A stretch of DNA of 62,918 bases, filler included, from Hausera hauseri (taxonomy: Eukaryota): NCBI GenBank assembly GCA_046269625.1. It is 11 parts of 11 records of this genome, joined end to end, with 100 filler letters (N's around TTAATTAATTAA, not from the genome) between each part and the next. Parts side by side here need not be neighbours in the genome. Positions count along the whole stretch, not along the records: positions 35,092 to 41,059 come from JBJURY010160754.1; positions 41,160 to 45,794 come from JBJURY010495575.1; positions 45,895 to 50,150 come from JBJURY010673106.1; 8 more parts are not named here. One strand, given 5' to 3'. Below the pieces are notes generated by a model, which worked only from the letters and a program-made list of their open reading frames with translations, searched no databases and was not told where the DNA came from. The position numbers and the translations under genes are program-made. Shown here piece after piece: positions 37,200 to 50,250 of the stretch. Position 1 is the stretch's first letter; each line of letters starts with the position of its first letter.

Positions 37200-38870
37200 T
37201 CTCATTTCAATTCGTCAGTCAACAGGTTGACAGACGCGTAACTGTTCAATTCCGATGATGATTTTGATCGGTTTTTATGTAAATGTTTTTTCTGACTATA
37301 TCCATTAGTATAAATATGAGGATCCTTAGATTTAGTCGAGTACGAATTATTAGATTTCTGAATTCCATCAACAGAAGATTGGTAAAAGGCCACCAATTCA
37401 ATTTGCTGGAACCTGTTCATTGGACAATGTGAATAATTATTCTCGTTGATGAAGTAACCGTTACTCATTACGTCATTCAATGTCAATGAACACGATGATT
37501 GATTGAGGAACTTTGATGTTTGTTTAACATCGTTAGTCACAGGATTCCGACTTTTTACAATTGGTCAATTCATACGAACTGAAGTCAGCTGTTGACAGAT
37601 TGGATTCGGATTTATATCGCCGTAAACTACATTGATGATTGAGAAAAATTCGTTAAACGAAGGAATTTCTTCATGAACACCTTCAATAGAATTGCTTTGA
37701 AATTTAGTGATTTGATGAAGAATAATCTAAGGAAAATACCTTATGAGCTTCAAAGGGACATAAGACTTCAAAAAACAGTCGATTCCATGGATTTAAGTAG
37801 CGTACATTGTAATTGGGATAAATGACACCGTGGAAATAATCGGATGATTCATCATCATCATTGTAGAGTTTATAGTATAATGGATGTAGTAAGTTTTCGT
37901 TGGATTCCGATAGGAAATACCATAGAGATGCTGTTGATTCATTGACTTTGTGTTTACATCGTTCATCTGTGTTAAATAGAAAATTACCAAATAGATCAGA
38001 ATGGATATGAATGGCTAATTTAATCAGGAATGTTTCATTAAACTGAAAGTGCGTGTAATTGTCGAAATACTTGATAAACACAATCCAACCATTGAACAAA
38101 AACCGGTGTTGTACAAGTCAATTGTATCCATTTCCTGTCAACAAGTACAGAAAATCCATGTATCGTACGGTAATATCCATCCAATAACAATTCAGCCAAT
38201 GATGTCAATTGCGGTTTACGATCCCATCCATCACTGCAATGTATAATCACAGATCTACCTTTATCAGCAACAATGTGTGCCACATCATTGGCAGCCTTGA
38301 ATAATTTACACATGACGTAGCCAATATGAATTGTCAATTGCAGTCAGCCAATTGTCAGAATTGACAGCAAATATCCATATATAATCAAATGAACTGTGTA
38401 CACTGTGGATATTCGCCAATTGCATGTAAATTATCTCAACCTCACCATAATTTTCTGAATATTCTACACCATCGGAATCAGTGATTGCCATCGGTACGAT
38501 ATGGCATCGAGGATATGAATTACAAATTTTAAAATCTCCATTAGCATCCGTTATTTTCCAAATTTGTCCATCAAATCCCATCTGAAGAAATTCGATTTGG
38601 TTTTCCCATTTGTTATTGAACTCCAAAATGTCGTTTATTTTCGAGTCATCTTTAGCGGAATACGATCTGATTTGAAAATATTCGTTTATGAATGGCAAAT
38701 GGGCGGAAACGAGATAATCTCGATGTTTAAAAAACTGAATGTCGACGAATGTCATGAACTAAAATCATTTTCATCATTCTTGACCGAAACCGTGCTTCTT
38801 TTAAATTGATAACTAAATCTAATTGTCTTTTCCTATACAGAGAGAGACTGAGAGTAATGTGTTCACTTAT
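37200..38870 (-). pseudogene. Myotubularin-related phosphatase (MTMR3/4-like) pseudogene
   Basis: WKITDANGDFKICNSYPRCHIVP; LANIHSVHSSF; VIIHCSDGWDRKPQLTSLAELLLDGYYRTIHGFSVLV; PVFVQWLDCVYQ; FNETFLIKLAIHIHSDLFGNFL. Frameshifts and internal deletions (e.g. the GHKF segment is missing). Confidence 0.88.
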
Positions 38871-39649
38871 GAGAAGTCTGGCAATCTGAGAATAATTGGA
38901 ATGGTATCTTTCATGAAACGACTTTTTGTGGGAACCAAGGAATTTCATCCGCGGTTCAAATTTTTGATAAAGCATATATCCCACGTCTGACACCAATTTT
39001 ATTGTTTCTTATTGCGTAAAATAAATTCACAATAAATCCAACAATGAAATCCAATGGTAAACTCCAAAAACAGCAGGAAGTCTGATTATAAAGCTTTATT
39101 GAAATTTTAAATCGTTTTAACAACTGCAAGCAATTATTTTTTATGAATACCCTCTACAGTATTTACAATAATTATAATCATAAGTTCAGAAACTTTAAAC
39201 GCATTGTACAAAATAGAACAAAATCTGAAATGTTGTCAAACGTAAACGATCCAATAGAATAATTTTGGTCATCTCTGCAGTATATTTTCATACTATTAAT
39301 CAGCAATTTGTTTAGCGCGTATTTCTGATTATTTCTACTAAAGTAAAGTATTTTTTGATGAATTCACGACGCAACTTTGATTTGAAATGAAATGCACTGC
39401 CTGTTAAGGGAGAATATTGTAGACGTGTGAGATAACGTAACCACATATTGATAAATTCACGAAGCAATTTGATTTGATAGATAATCCTGAACGAGTCACG
39501 TGTCGGTGAGATTGCAATTTCCGCTTAAAGTTAAATTTTCGCCTATGTTGAAAATTTGCTGATCTTCTGTCTCACTGAATGTGAGGAATTGGAGATTGAT
39601 GACCAGCATTTCGGTGAGACAACGAGCTGCAGCCGCGACCGTTGCACCA

Positions 39650-41059
39650 AATCACCCCCCCGTGGCAGAAGAAAAATATGTAAAGAAAAAAAAGAATGAT
39701 GAATATAATATAGATGAAAACTATAAATCGTAACAAGAAGTAATGTTTGGTTCCTATTCGGTTTTGGTCCGTGTTAGGCGTTGGACTCCATCTATGAACT
39801 TATCCCTGATGCAAGTAGTAAATATCACTTGGCGTGACCTGTTAGATGTTACTGGTGCTTGTGAAGTTGTTTGCGGGAGAGATATTGTGGATTCTGTGGT
39901 GCTTGAAAATGCTTCATGAAGAGGTGAAAGTGGAGAAGAAGCCGAAAAAGGAAAAGGATCACGCGCAGAAGATGAGACTGGAGATGTCAACAAATCGTGC
40001 GATGAAGGTGAAATGAGTAGTGGATATGCAGGCGATAAAGGAGAGGCAGATGGTGAGGGAACAGTGGATGATGGCGGAAGTGAAGAGAGCTAATTGTGAC
40101 GTGAGAGTGAATGCTGCGAAAGATTAAAATCATCAAGGAAATTAGATGATGGCTTGAGGGTGGAGAAGTTAGAGTTTGGATTTGAAATAATGCTGTTATC
40201 TTTGTCATCGTCAACAAAGAAGGCTGGCTTAAGATTAAAAATGTGTATGTTTTGAGCTTTGTCCTGGCGTAGAATAGTAGCGATGTGTGAAGAAAAGTTC
40301 AGTAATTTGTAAGGGCCAACGTATTGAGGCCGAAAACCAGAAGGCGACGGATCCTTCAGCCATACAAACTTGGCTGAGTATAAGTCCTCTGGGATATAAG
40401 ATTTGTCTCTGTTTATAAAACGGCAGAAGGCATTTGAGTTGACATCAGCAAAGTGGGACTGTGTCGCTCGAATAACGTCATCTGACGGACTTTCATCGAG
40501 ATGGGAGAGCTGAAATAGTGCACGAACTTGTGTCCCAAAGAGAGCCGCAGCTGGGGCACAGCCTGTGTTGGTGGATGGCGTGTTGCACCAACCGAGTAGG
40601 ACAAGAGGAAGAATTGAGGTCCAGTTATGATTGTTGTTTGCCAGGATTTTTAATATAATCTTTATGGTACAATGAAATCTCTCGAGAAGACCATTTGCTT
40701 GGGGATGGTACGGCGTCGTATGAAAGTGGGCTATCCCCAAGTGCTTCACAAGAGATTTGAAAAGATCATCTTCAAATTGNNNNNNNNNNAAATGGCTGAC
40801 CCATATTTTAATAAATGCATCAGCTACTGAGTCAGCGTTGGTTGATCGAAGCGGAACGGCTTCCGGCCAGCGAGAAGCGCAATCCATCGTGGATAGGATA
40901 TATTGATAACCATAGTCGGCAGGTAGAGAACCCATAAGATCCAGTTGCACGGTTTCAAAACGAGAAGTTCAAGGGAAGTGGTACAGTGGTGGTCTGAGGT
41001 GTTTATGAACCTTGTACTGTTGACATGCTACACATCCTTTGACCCGGATTTGTACATCG
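39650..41059 (-). mobile_element. Ty3/Gypsy integrase and 3' end with PPT
   Basis: VQLDLMGSLP...RWPEAVPL...TTPYHPQANGLLERFH...GPYK. Minus-strand GCCACGGGGGGG followed by TG near 39654. Confidence 0.9.
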
Positions 41060-42448
41060 NNNNNNNNNNNNNNNNNNNNNNNNNNNNNNNNNNNNNNNNN
41101 NNNTTAATTAATTAANNNNNNNNNNNNNNNNNNNNNNNNNNNNNNNNNNNNNNNNNNNNAATTGTAAAAGGATAGTAACATTTAATTTTTCTCTAAATAA
41201 AGATTAATGCTGCAAAATATGTCTTATAATATATATTTCAGAAAGCGTTGCTATCTTTAAGATTCTGAACAAGGAGGATCTACCGAAACGTTAATAAACA
41301 AATACTTTGGTCTTTATTTGGAAAAAAAATTATTGTTACAATTCTTTTACAATGTATACAATTATGCTGGATAGAGAAAATTTTAAAATAGAATTTCAAG
41401 ACTTTTAATAATGCTTATCAAAATTCTCTAAGTAAAATGTATGTTGGTTGCATCATTCTGATTTTAAACTTCAAATTATCTCAATATATTACTGATATTG
41501 GCTCAAACATCTTTATCATTTTAATTTGTCGATTGTTACTAACATAAATATAGCTTTTCAGTTTTTTTCTGAATTTTTGTAGATATACAGAATTTTGTAG
41601 AATTTATGAAAATTGAACAAGACAAAGAAATTTATTTCCCACAAAACGTCATAATTTACAAATATTGTAGATGGCTGGGATGAGAATACGTAAATGCATT
41701 CATATTGGACAATGGATTCAATCCACTCATCACGTGATTGGTCGGTATTTCCGCCTTATCCTCAAATGTTCTACAACGGCACTAACTCAAACGACATCAC
41801 AACAAAATTAATTACTGAACATTGTGCGCAGATAATTCACTTTTCATTTCCCGAATTGACTCATAAACACTGGAACATTCGAATGCACTGCCCTCATTTT
41901 CTGTCAACAATCGAATTTGTACCATAATGCTGATGGCCTTGTTGATGAACTCCAGACTCTTCATTGATCGAATACGATTACCCTGATGATCAATAACCCT
42001 ACATCGACTAACAACAGATAACTTACGCTGAAATTTTTACATTTGTTNNNNNNNNNNTTCATTATTTCGTATGCGTCATCATCGCATTTCTGTTTCAAAT
42101 CTGATGCCTGTTCCAATGGCGGTACGCCATGTTCTTGTGCAATCTACACACGATTATATAATTGGTCACCAATGTATGTATGACAAAAGAATGTCGAATG
42201 ATACAAATCACACGCAATACTCGACTAACGTATCGGTGCTGGGATACATTCGTTATGATTTGTTTTACGATGAAGTAAAACCGCTGCTTTACGAATTAAA
42301 GAACGGGGAACGTCATCGAATGGAAGTTACATACAAACTGAATAGTATACTTTGAAAATGGCGTAATTCAGATTTATTTTTTACTGACTTACCCATTTCA
42401 AAATAATCTATTCAATTAAACAAACAAATTTTACAATTAATACGGAAA

Positions 42449-44146
42449 TCATATATAAACCAAAAATGTCACCTCATTAGCAAACTGGAGAACATGCGCC
42501 AAATACTGAGTTAATTCTTTATTCAGTCGTTCCAAATTGATTATAACCGTAAGATAGCTATGCTGGAATTCCATCGAAATTGGTTCCCTAGTGGCCATCT
42601 GAATAACAAAAATATGATTACGAACATCTAACATTTATACTTTCCACTGGGCAATATTGTTCAATTCTCGGTGTTCCTCTACGCACTGTTTTTTCACCTC
42701 GAGAATTTTACTGAGTTTTGTCTAAGAACACCAAATAATTTATCCAACAAATTATTACATACCACCATCACGAGGAATTTCATCGGATATCCACCGTACA
42801 AATCCGCTTCATTCAAAGTAATTCGACCGCCCGTTCGTTGAAGATTATTCGACATGGAATTCGTCAGTGCAGAAGTGCCCATACTGGCAGCAACATCACC
42901 ACTACTGATCTCCGGTAATTTCAGACTCATTGTACCACTATCCGCATTACAAAGAGAACAATCAGGAAATGCGCTGAATTCCCCGCGACTATTGAGTTTC
43001 ATATGATGCTGATGGCGCGTTCCCTATGGATGCAATTAAAGACACTATAAAAATTTATACTGATTGAAGCGCTGATTGGGCAAGTAATCGAGCTGGACTC
43101 ATGAATAAATTTCGACTGGCTTTATGTTGCATTTTAAACGCAGACAACGGAATAACGTCTTGTGGTTGGATGCTGAGTACTTCGTAGTCAGGTACTGCAC
43201 GAGTGCCCAATGCTGGTTTTTCAAAAGAAACCCGATAACTGTTATTAATGGCATCAATAGCATCAACGTGACCGACATATAAACCATCTGTGGGATGCCT
43301 CACTCTAATGAGAGAACACAAATTTTTAATGATTTTAATTTGACATAATTCTCATCACCTCGCCGTAACTTTTGTTCCAATAATCAATGGCATCGGAATA
43401 CAAATATCATCCGGAAGATCTTTTAACAAATCCAACTCAACAGACCGTTTCTGCTGTAACGTTCGAATTTTTTGACGTTTCGAATGTAACGACGCTCGTT
43501 CTTCTTTGAAAAACTGAAATGAACATCGACGAGGTTTTCCCATCATTTTCCTTATACATGCCCATTGAGCTCTCGTCAGTTTTCTAGTTTTCAGTGACGG
43601 AAATGTTTCTCGGAGAAATACCCGAAAATCATTTTCACCCAACAGCAACGGTCGATCGAGATTGGAATAGAACCATTCATAAAATACCCATTTGTGAGCT
43701 TTGGGTAATTTGAGAACGTTTCGCAACTTTATAGCATTCGTTTGAGCAACCTTCCTTTCGGACAATGGAATACCTACTCGATTGTTACTACCAATTACCA
43801 AATTTTTACTAATCTGTAATATCAAATGGTAAAAAGTCAATCTCACTCAGAGGTACTTTTGTCGGCACTCCCTTCCTTCCTCTGGTATAAGACGTTTCAT
43901 CGGGAGGTAACATAACACCTAAATTGTCATTTTTCTGTGTTTCGCCTGATTCGTAAATATCGTCTTCGAAATATCGAGTCCTTCTTCGCAATCGAGGAGG
44001 CTTCAAATTTGTTTAGATAAATGCAAAGAAAATTTATTACATTTCTACGAAATCCTGTTTCATACTCTTCAACTTCATCTAAATATTTACTAAATTAATT
44101 TGAATCCATTGTCAAAAATCTTACAACTTTCTAATTGCTCTGACAT
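42449..44146 (-). CDS. LIN9: LIN-9 / Mip130 (DREAM/MuvB subunit), multi-exon; 3' part not found on this contig
   Basis: DIRP-domain sequence LRNVLKLPKAHKWVFYEWFYSNLDRPL...KTRKLTRAQWACIRKMMGKPRRCS..FFKEER; Tudor-like GTKVTARVRHPTDGLYVGHVDAID...VPDYEVLS; GGYPMKFL. Short GT-AG introns (e.g. ~43306-43358). The ATG at 44146 is inferred. Confidence 0.9.
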
Positions 44147-45894
44147 TTTAAATATTTTGGGTTGAATTAAATAAATAATGCATATTTTTAAAACAAATGA
44201 TCTCACTTAACAGGCTTTGTGATTTCGTTAGATTTAATTTTTTGTTTTTACTAATACGTTTTAAATCAAACAGAATAACATTTTCAATACTATAAATGAG
44301 GTTACAAAAATGCTCATGGTATTAACATTTAATTAATATTGATCTAAAAGCGTAGAAATTTTCATTTTATTGTTTAATTCTCGATTAATACATTGTTCTC
44401 AGGAATCTAGTTTTAAGTTATCAATTAATTAATAATTAAACTTATTAAAATTACTAATTTCGAAAGTGAAATGAAAAAGAAAAATTATGTAACGATACAT
44501 GTGTACATATATGTAAATTCCACAATTGGAAAATTTATTTCGTAATGTACGTCATCTAATTTCAGTTGTAAAAACATAGGTTTCAAATATACTGTATAGC
44601 TACCGTTAATCAAAATTTAAATTTCATAATATTCAGCAAATTGAATATTTAACAGAAATATACACATTAAGAAGTTAGTTTTATTGAACTTATTAATAAG
44701 CCAAAAGTTTATAGTTTATAACAATTTATTTATTTAACAATATTCGCCATATTTGGAAGAATTTACATTGAATCATAAATTAAGATGATAAAGTATATCT
44801 TAAAGCGCGATAACAAAACAATATTTGTGCACTATTTTTACAAATGAATACTTATAAATTACTTTGTCGCCTGTTCAATGCACCATTGGGTGAATATGAC
44901 AAGCTTCATAAAGAAAGTACATTAAATAGAAGTGTTATTCATGAAACTTATGTACGTTCGCAACATTTACGTATTGATATAATGGTTACACAAATATTCC
45001 AATCGCAACTTAATGACCATTGATCACCGTTCCTGACAAATTTTTACTGTTTTTCATATTATTTCCGTTAAGACGTATACCCAAATTGAGTTATATTTAA
45101 GACTGTAATTTATTATAAATAGGATACACTTAAAACTATACCAGGTGAATTTCAAGATTAACTGATGTTAAATTACTAGCAATCAGAGTGGTATCATTTT
45201 AAAACTTTATTATTAAAAACAAATTGTAACGTTGAACGTAAATTGTTTTAGCCATATTGTGAAGGATTAAAATTTTCAGAGCGATAAAAAATTCAAGTCG
45301 CACCAATTTAATATATAGTTTACTTAAAAGTAATTTTGGAATTTTTATACTTATTACCACAATGTTAGGTCAATAACACTCTTCAGATAACTAAATTGGT
45401 GTTTAATAAATGTTCATAATGTTACCTTTATTAATTCTTACTAAACTATTTTTATTAAACTATATACTTATAAATAAATTAAGTAGGTCATCGACAGTTC
45501 ACTATTTTTTGGCGAGGACTGTATTAATCAACATAAAATTGAGACATGTATAATTAATTTAAAAAAAACTGACTGGCAGTATAGTTCCTATTAAAACCGT
45601 CAGATATATTTAAACAGAGGACCTGGAGTAAAACTTTAAATTAAAAGAATACTTTTTAAATGTCTGTAAATGACTGGACCCATAAAACATTTCCAATGCT
45701 TCTGAGGTCCTTCATATTTACGACAACGTCTTGGTATTCTGGGTGACCAAAGTCTAATCATACACATAATTCACATTCAATGCAAATAAATTCANNNNNN
45801 NNNNNNNNNNNNNNNNNNNNNNNNNNNNNNNNNNNNNNTTAATTAATTAANNNNNNNNNNNNNNNNNNNNNNNNNNNNNNNNNNNNNNNNNNNN

Positions 45895-48800
45895 GCTAAC
45901 TGAAAGGGATTTAATTGAGCTAATTAACGTAAACATTACTGAAAGTAAGTTAAGACAACTTATTCCGACCTCAACTAAATTATTTAGTGAAAGTACAATT
46001 TATAGTACGGTGCCGAAACTTTTGATAAGGAAATACGCTAAAATTTTTAGGGCTAGACATGAGGTAACGATGAAAATAATGGTATCATCCGAGTGGATGG
46101 TTGAAAAGGAATGTGAGTTCACTACATATTCTTATGTAAGGGACGTAAGAGAATGGTTATTAAATAATGGTGGAACAAATGAGCTAAATTACAGAATTTA
46201 CTTTAGATGTAGAATACCAGACGATTTAGAACAATTAATAGATGTAGGAATTATCACCGCCAAAACAAATCGGATAGTACTAATAATAGCCAATGAACAG
46301 ACGAAAGAAGAAGCCACACGAAAAGCCAAGACAGACCAATGCATAGGACAAATTATGGGAGTCCGAGATGCTGCAATATAATTCGAGTATTTACAGACGG
46401 ATGAAAATAAGGAACAATACGACAAAAATTTAACACCACTCAGCGAAGTGATAGCCAATGTTCCAAGACTGAAACGCTCAGACGATAGGCCTAAGAAAAC
46501 GCGAGAAGAAGTGGACTACAATGGAGAATTGATTAGAGAACTGAGACAAATGTCAATTCCGACTTTCAGTACAAACAATGGGGAATTAAACGAGTTAGTG
46601 AAGAATTTAATACGAATTGTAAATTATTCAAGCCTTCGAGGTGATGTATTAGATGATAAAGAAAATATAATATTTGATGCAGCTAGAATGATGAGAATTT
46701 CACGTTTTAAACTATCAAAAAGTAACTTAGCCGATGAATCGGTTATTGAAAAGGTCATAGTAGAAAACACTAATGAGGAACTGAGAAAAGTATTACTATA
46801 CTTAGCTATTAAAATAAAACCTAATCGACAGAATGAAATCAATAGAGCTGTAAGCTTAGCACGAGAAGCGGCGAGAAGATTGCCCTGCGAAGTAAATTGG
46901 TCAAGACTGTTTGACAAGGAAGAAGACAAACGGACCAGTAATAAACTTGACGATATGTTACGTAATTTGACAACGGCGGATGTTGTCCACCCGAAAAATG
47001 AATCAAATTGGCTAATCCGTCTACTTAGCCTGATGATGCTAATAAAGCACATAAGCGCTGTTACCATTTACGACTGCGATAAGTTTAAATTAGGGCAAAT
47101 ATATTCCCTAATGAATCTGGAAGTGTGCGAAGACGCCAGACCACACAAGTTGGAAACAAGAGAGAAAAATTATTTCCTGTACCAACATAGCGGACATTGT
47201 TACGGAGCGGAATACGACACTGGGAAAGGATTGCAAGCTAAAGTGGTAGTCGAGGATTTTTACAAATTGGAGATGCGATCACAGAAAGTAATGTTCCATA
47301 GTGTCACCAAGTTATACATTGAGAATCAGAAGTGTCATTTACAAGACAAAACCTGTGCTTTTAGAAGTTCTGTTATAATATGGGAGCCCCCTCTGGACGA
47401 AGTTGTAATTTTATTGAAATTAAGGAACTGAAATTTAATGAAACTACCGGAAAGCGATATGTGGATATATCGGATACCAACTCAAGGACACGCGAAGATA
47501 TATCAGAACACCCTACACCCAATATATTAATATCGGATCAGCATGGACTGATATTTGTTAAAAAAGAGATGATCTCTCGTTGTGATGCAGTGATGTTTGC
47601 TACTAACTATGAGGCACTTTTTGTCGCAGAAACGGAAATAAATGCAAAGACTTACAAACTAGAAACGTAGGATGTCCGAAATGAGGATTACCTGAAAAAC
47701 AGAGACAATTACTTCTATTACAAAAGGCAAGTAGGAATAACTGAATTATATTACAAAATGATAACAAATGACTGTAAATTGGATACCGAGATCATGAGGA
47801 CAAAATTAGCTCTTATATATGCCAACCCAGAATTGACTTCTACAATAATTCGTATGAGAGAGGGAATTTTCGGTCGGGTCACGGGCGAGGTACTGCTAAC
47901 CTACTAATGCGAAAAGAAAGATGTACCCATCAACGTTGAAGGAAAACGTTGCATTCAGGAACTCCATGTCATTTATCAAAATACTCCCAGGTTAGCTACA
48001 CCGTTGATGAGAGTGTTACTGGATAATGCAACCCAACCAACCATCCTTAGAGATTGTAAGGCAATCTTAGGAGAGTCCATGTTTAGACACAGTGAAACAA
48101 ACTGGGTTAGTATGCCAAATGGAGGTATCACTGCCGCTCTAAATAAATTAATAGGAACAAACCTTGCGAAAGGAGTTACGGACGATAAATTTCAAGACAC
48201 ATCGTCAAAAGGCATATACAGGCCTAAGGAAATCGAAGCCTTCAGACAATTCCTCGCTTTTCCGCGACAACGAACACATGAATTAAACCGAGCCATGGCC
48301 TCGGTAGATGATACACAATATTAGTCTAAATGGGAATCTTTACTTGACGTAAACCATTATCAGCGAGTAACCACAGAAATACTCTACAAAATTTGGGGAA
48401 GATTTTTGATTTTCGGACAAGCCGCATCCGGATTCTTAGCGATATATTTTCTGATACAAATGATTAAAGCAGTCATCCAAGCAGTAATAAATGGGTATGA
48501 AATATTTACATTGACTGGATTTTCATGTAAGATACTGACTGCAATCATAATGCCCTTTGGAAAATTCTTAAAAGCATACGAAGAAAATAGATGGAAATCA
48601 GACGTAGAACGCCATGTCCGTTATTATAATCGTAAACGAAAAGGAAAGCATATATTCTTGCAAAAGCGGAAATTTACAAAATCTAATATAAGAAGAAATA
48701 ATTCAGATGATGAAGAGCCTAAGGGAGGAGAAGTACTTTCAGGAATAAATAGACATAAGATGTACTCTGTCATTAAAGCGCCGTTGCCTATGCTACCTCC

Positions 48801-50150
48801 TACCGCTCCAGTCTATGAAGACTGTGACAAACGAACAATGAGTTCATATCAGACGGAAATCTATAAAAGGACAATTAATGTAAAAGACCCTTATGAAGAA
48901 ACAAAACATTACGGAATCCTACGGAAAATGTGTTACCGACAATCCGCGGAGGGTCCAAAGATGTTGTATTTTCCGACAGAACCTCAAAATATAAAAATAG
49001 ATCAACGATTTGGGATAATCCGAGGTTAAAAGACTTCCAAAATACCGAATTACACACTAACGATCGAGAAACATTAATTAGTGCACACGAAATGGAAGAA
49101 TTAAACATAGAAAACAACAAATTATATCGAAATGGAGAATTAAGGTAACTGGCAGAGAACATAGTATCCTCCCCAAAAAACCGAATCAATGGGCATAAGA
49201 TATCGGCAATAAAACGATCAAAGGATGCAGCAAACTGCTTCGGAACGGTGAAAGAAGGAAGACTTTTCGCCAAAGTCATTATCGAAGATAGGAAAGTTTA
49301 TGCCCTAATCGATGCAGGGTCCGAAATGTTTTACATTAAAAACGATTCAATACCTCAATCGTTAAGGGGACAATTATACCCACCATTCACAAAAGATCTA
49401 GGGAGTACAGGAGCTTTTGGTCAGATGTCGAAATCCATGTTTAAATGGAACCCAGAAGTCCAAATAGTTGGACAAATTTTTCGTCATGAATTTGCAGTTA
49501 TGGAACAATTAACCGATGACGTAGTCTTAGAATGTGATCTACTGAAAAGACTACCAAATATAGTGATCGACTTACAAACGGGGAAGCTGGTAAAGATCGG
49601 ACGGAATAAACGTATAAAAAACGCCAAAGAAAGAAAATTTGGAGAAGTATGGATACCTGTAGACGAAGACATTTCACCAAGAACAGAAATGATAATTTAC
49701 GTCCAAATACAGCAAGATGACGACCAACCGGTATATTTTGAACCACAAAATACATTAGATTCGAATATAATACTCAGCAATATACTAACAAGAGTACACT
49801 CCGGTCGGGTGCCGATCAGAATAGCTAATAACGCACAGATATTCGTCAGGCTTCATGCTTATACCACTCTAGGAAATACCTATAGAGTATCGTCAATAAC
49901 TAATGAAGTAAAACCTTACAAGTATGCTGAATTGCCACCTTATGTCGAAATTAAGTTTTAATCTCAGTCTTATTGTCGATTCTATGAATTATTATGCCGC
50001 TATAAATCAATTATCGCTAAGGACGAAGAAGATATCGGTAGAGCGAAAGCGTTAAAACTGATGATTCCACTGAAGAAAAATCATGGTTCGAACGAAAAAA
50101 TAGACTTGAAAGACCAGAAGATGACAAAATGGTACCCTCCGCCACATTCA
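45895..50150 (+). mobile_element. Decayed copy 2 of the env-bearing retroelement: UBL - helical - class III glycoprotein - tail - protease - pol start
   Basis: Colinear with 2325-5675. UBL 46070-46279; signal peptide and VTIYDC at ~47006-47077; TM ~48400-48560; retropepsin downstream. Confidence 0.8.
49149..50150 (+). pseudogene. Retroelement aspartic protease, beta-rich linker and pre-RT segment (Ty3/Gypsy-type pol start)
   Basis: VIIEDRKVYALIDAGSEMFYI (D at 49311)...HEFAVMEQLTDDVVLECDLLKR. Linker ISPRTEMIIYV...GRVPIRIANNAQIFVRLHAYTTLG. After one stop, in the same frame: FYELLCRYKSIIAKDEEDIGRAKALKLMIPL (cf. LL..Y.D.F......LG.T....H.I.L). Confidence 0.8.
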
Positions 50151-50250
50151 NNNNNNNNNNNNNNNNNNNNNNNNNNNNNNNNNNNNNNNNNNNNTTAATT
50201 AATTAANNNNNNNNNNNNNNNNNNNNNNNNNNNNNNNNNNNNNNNNNNNN

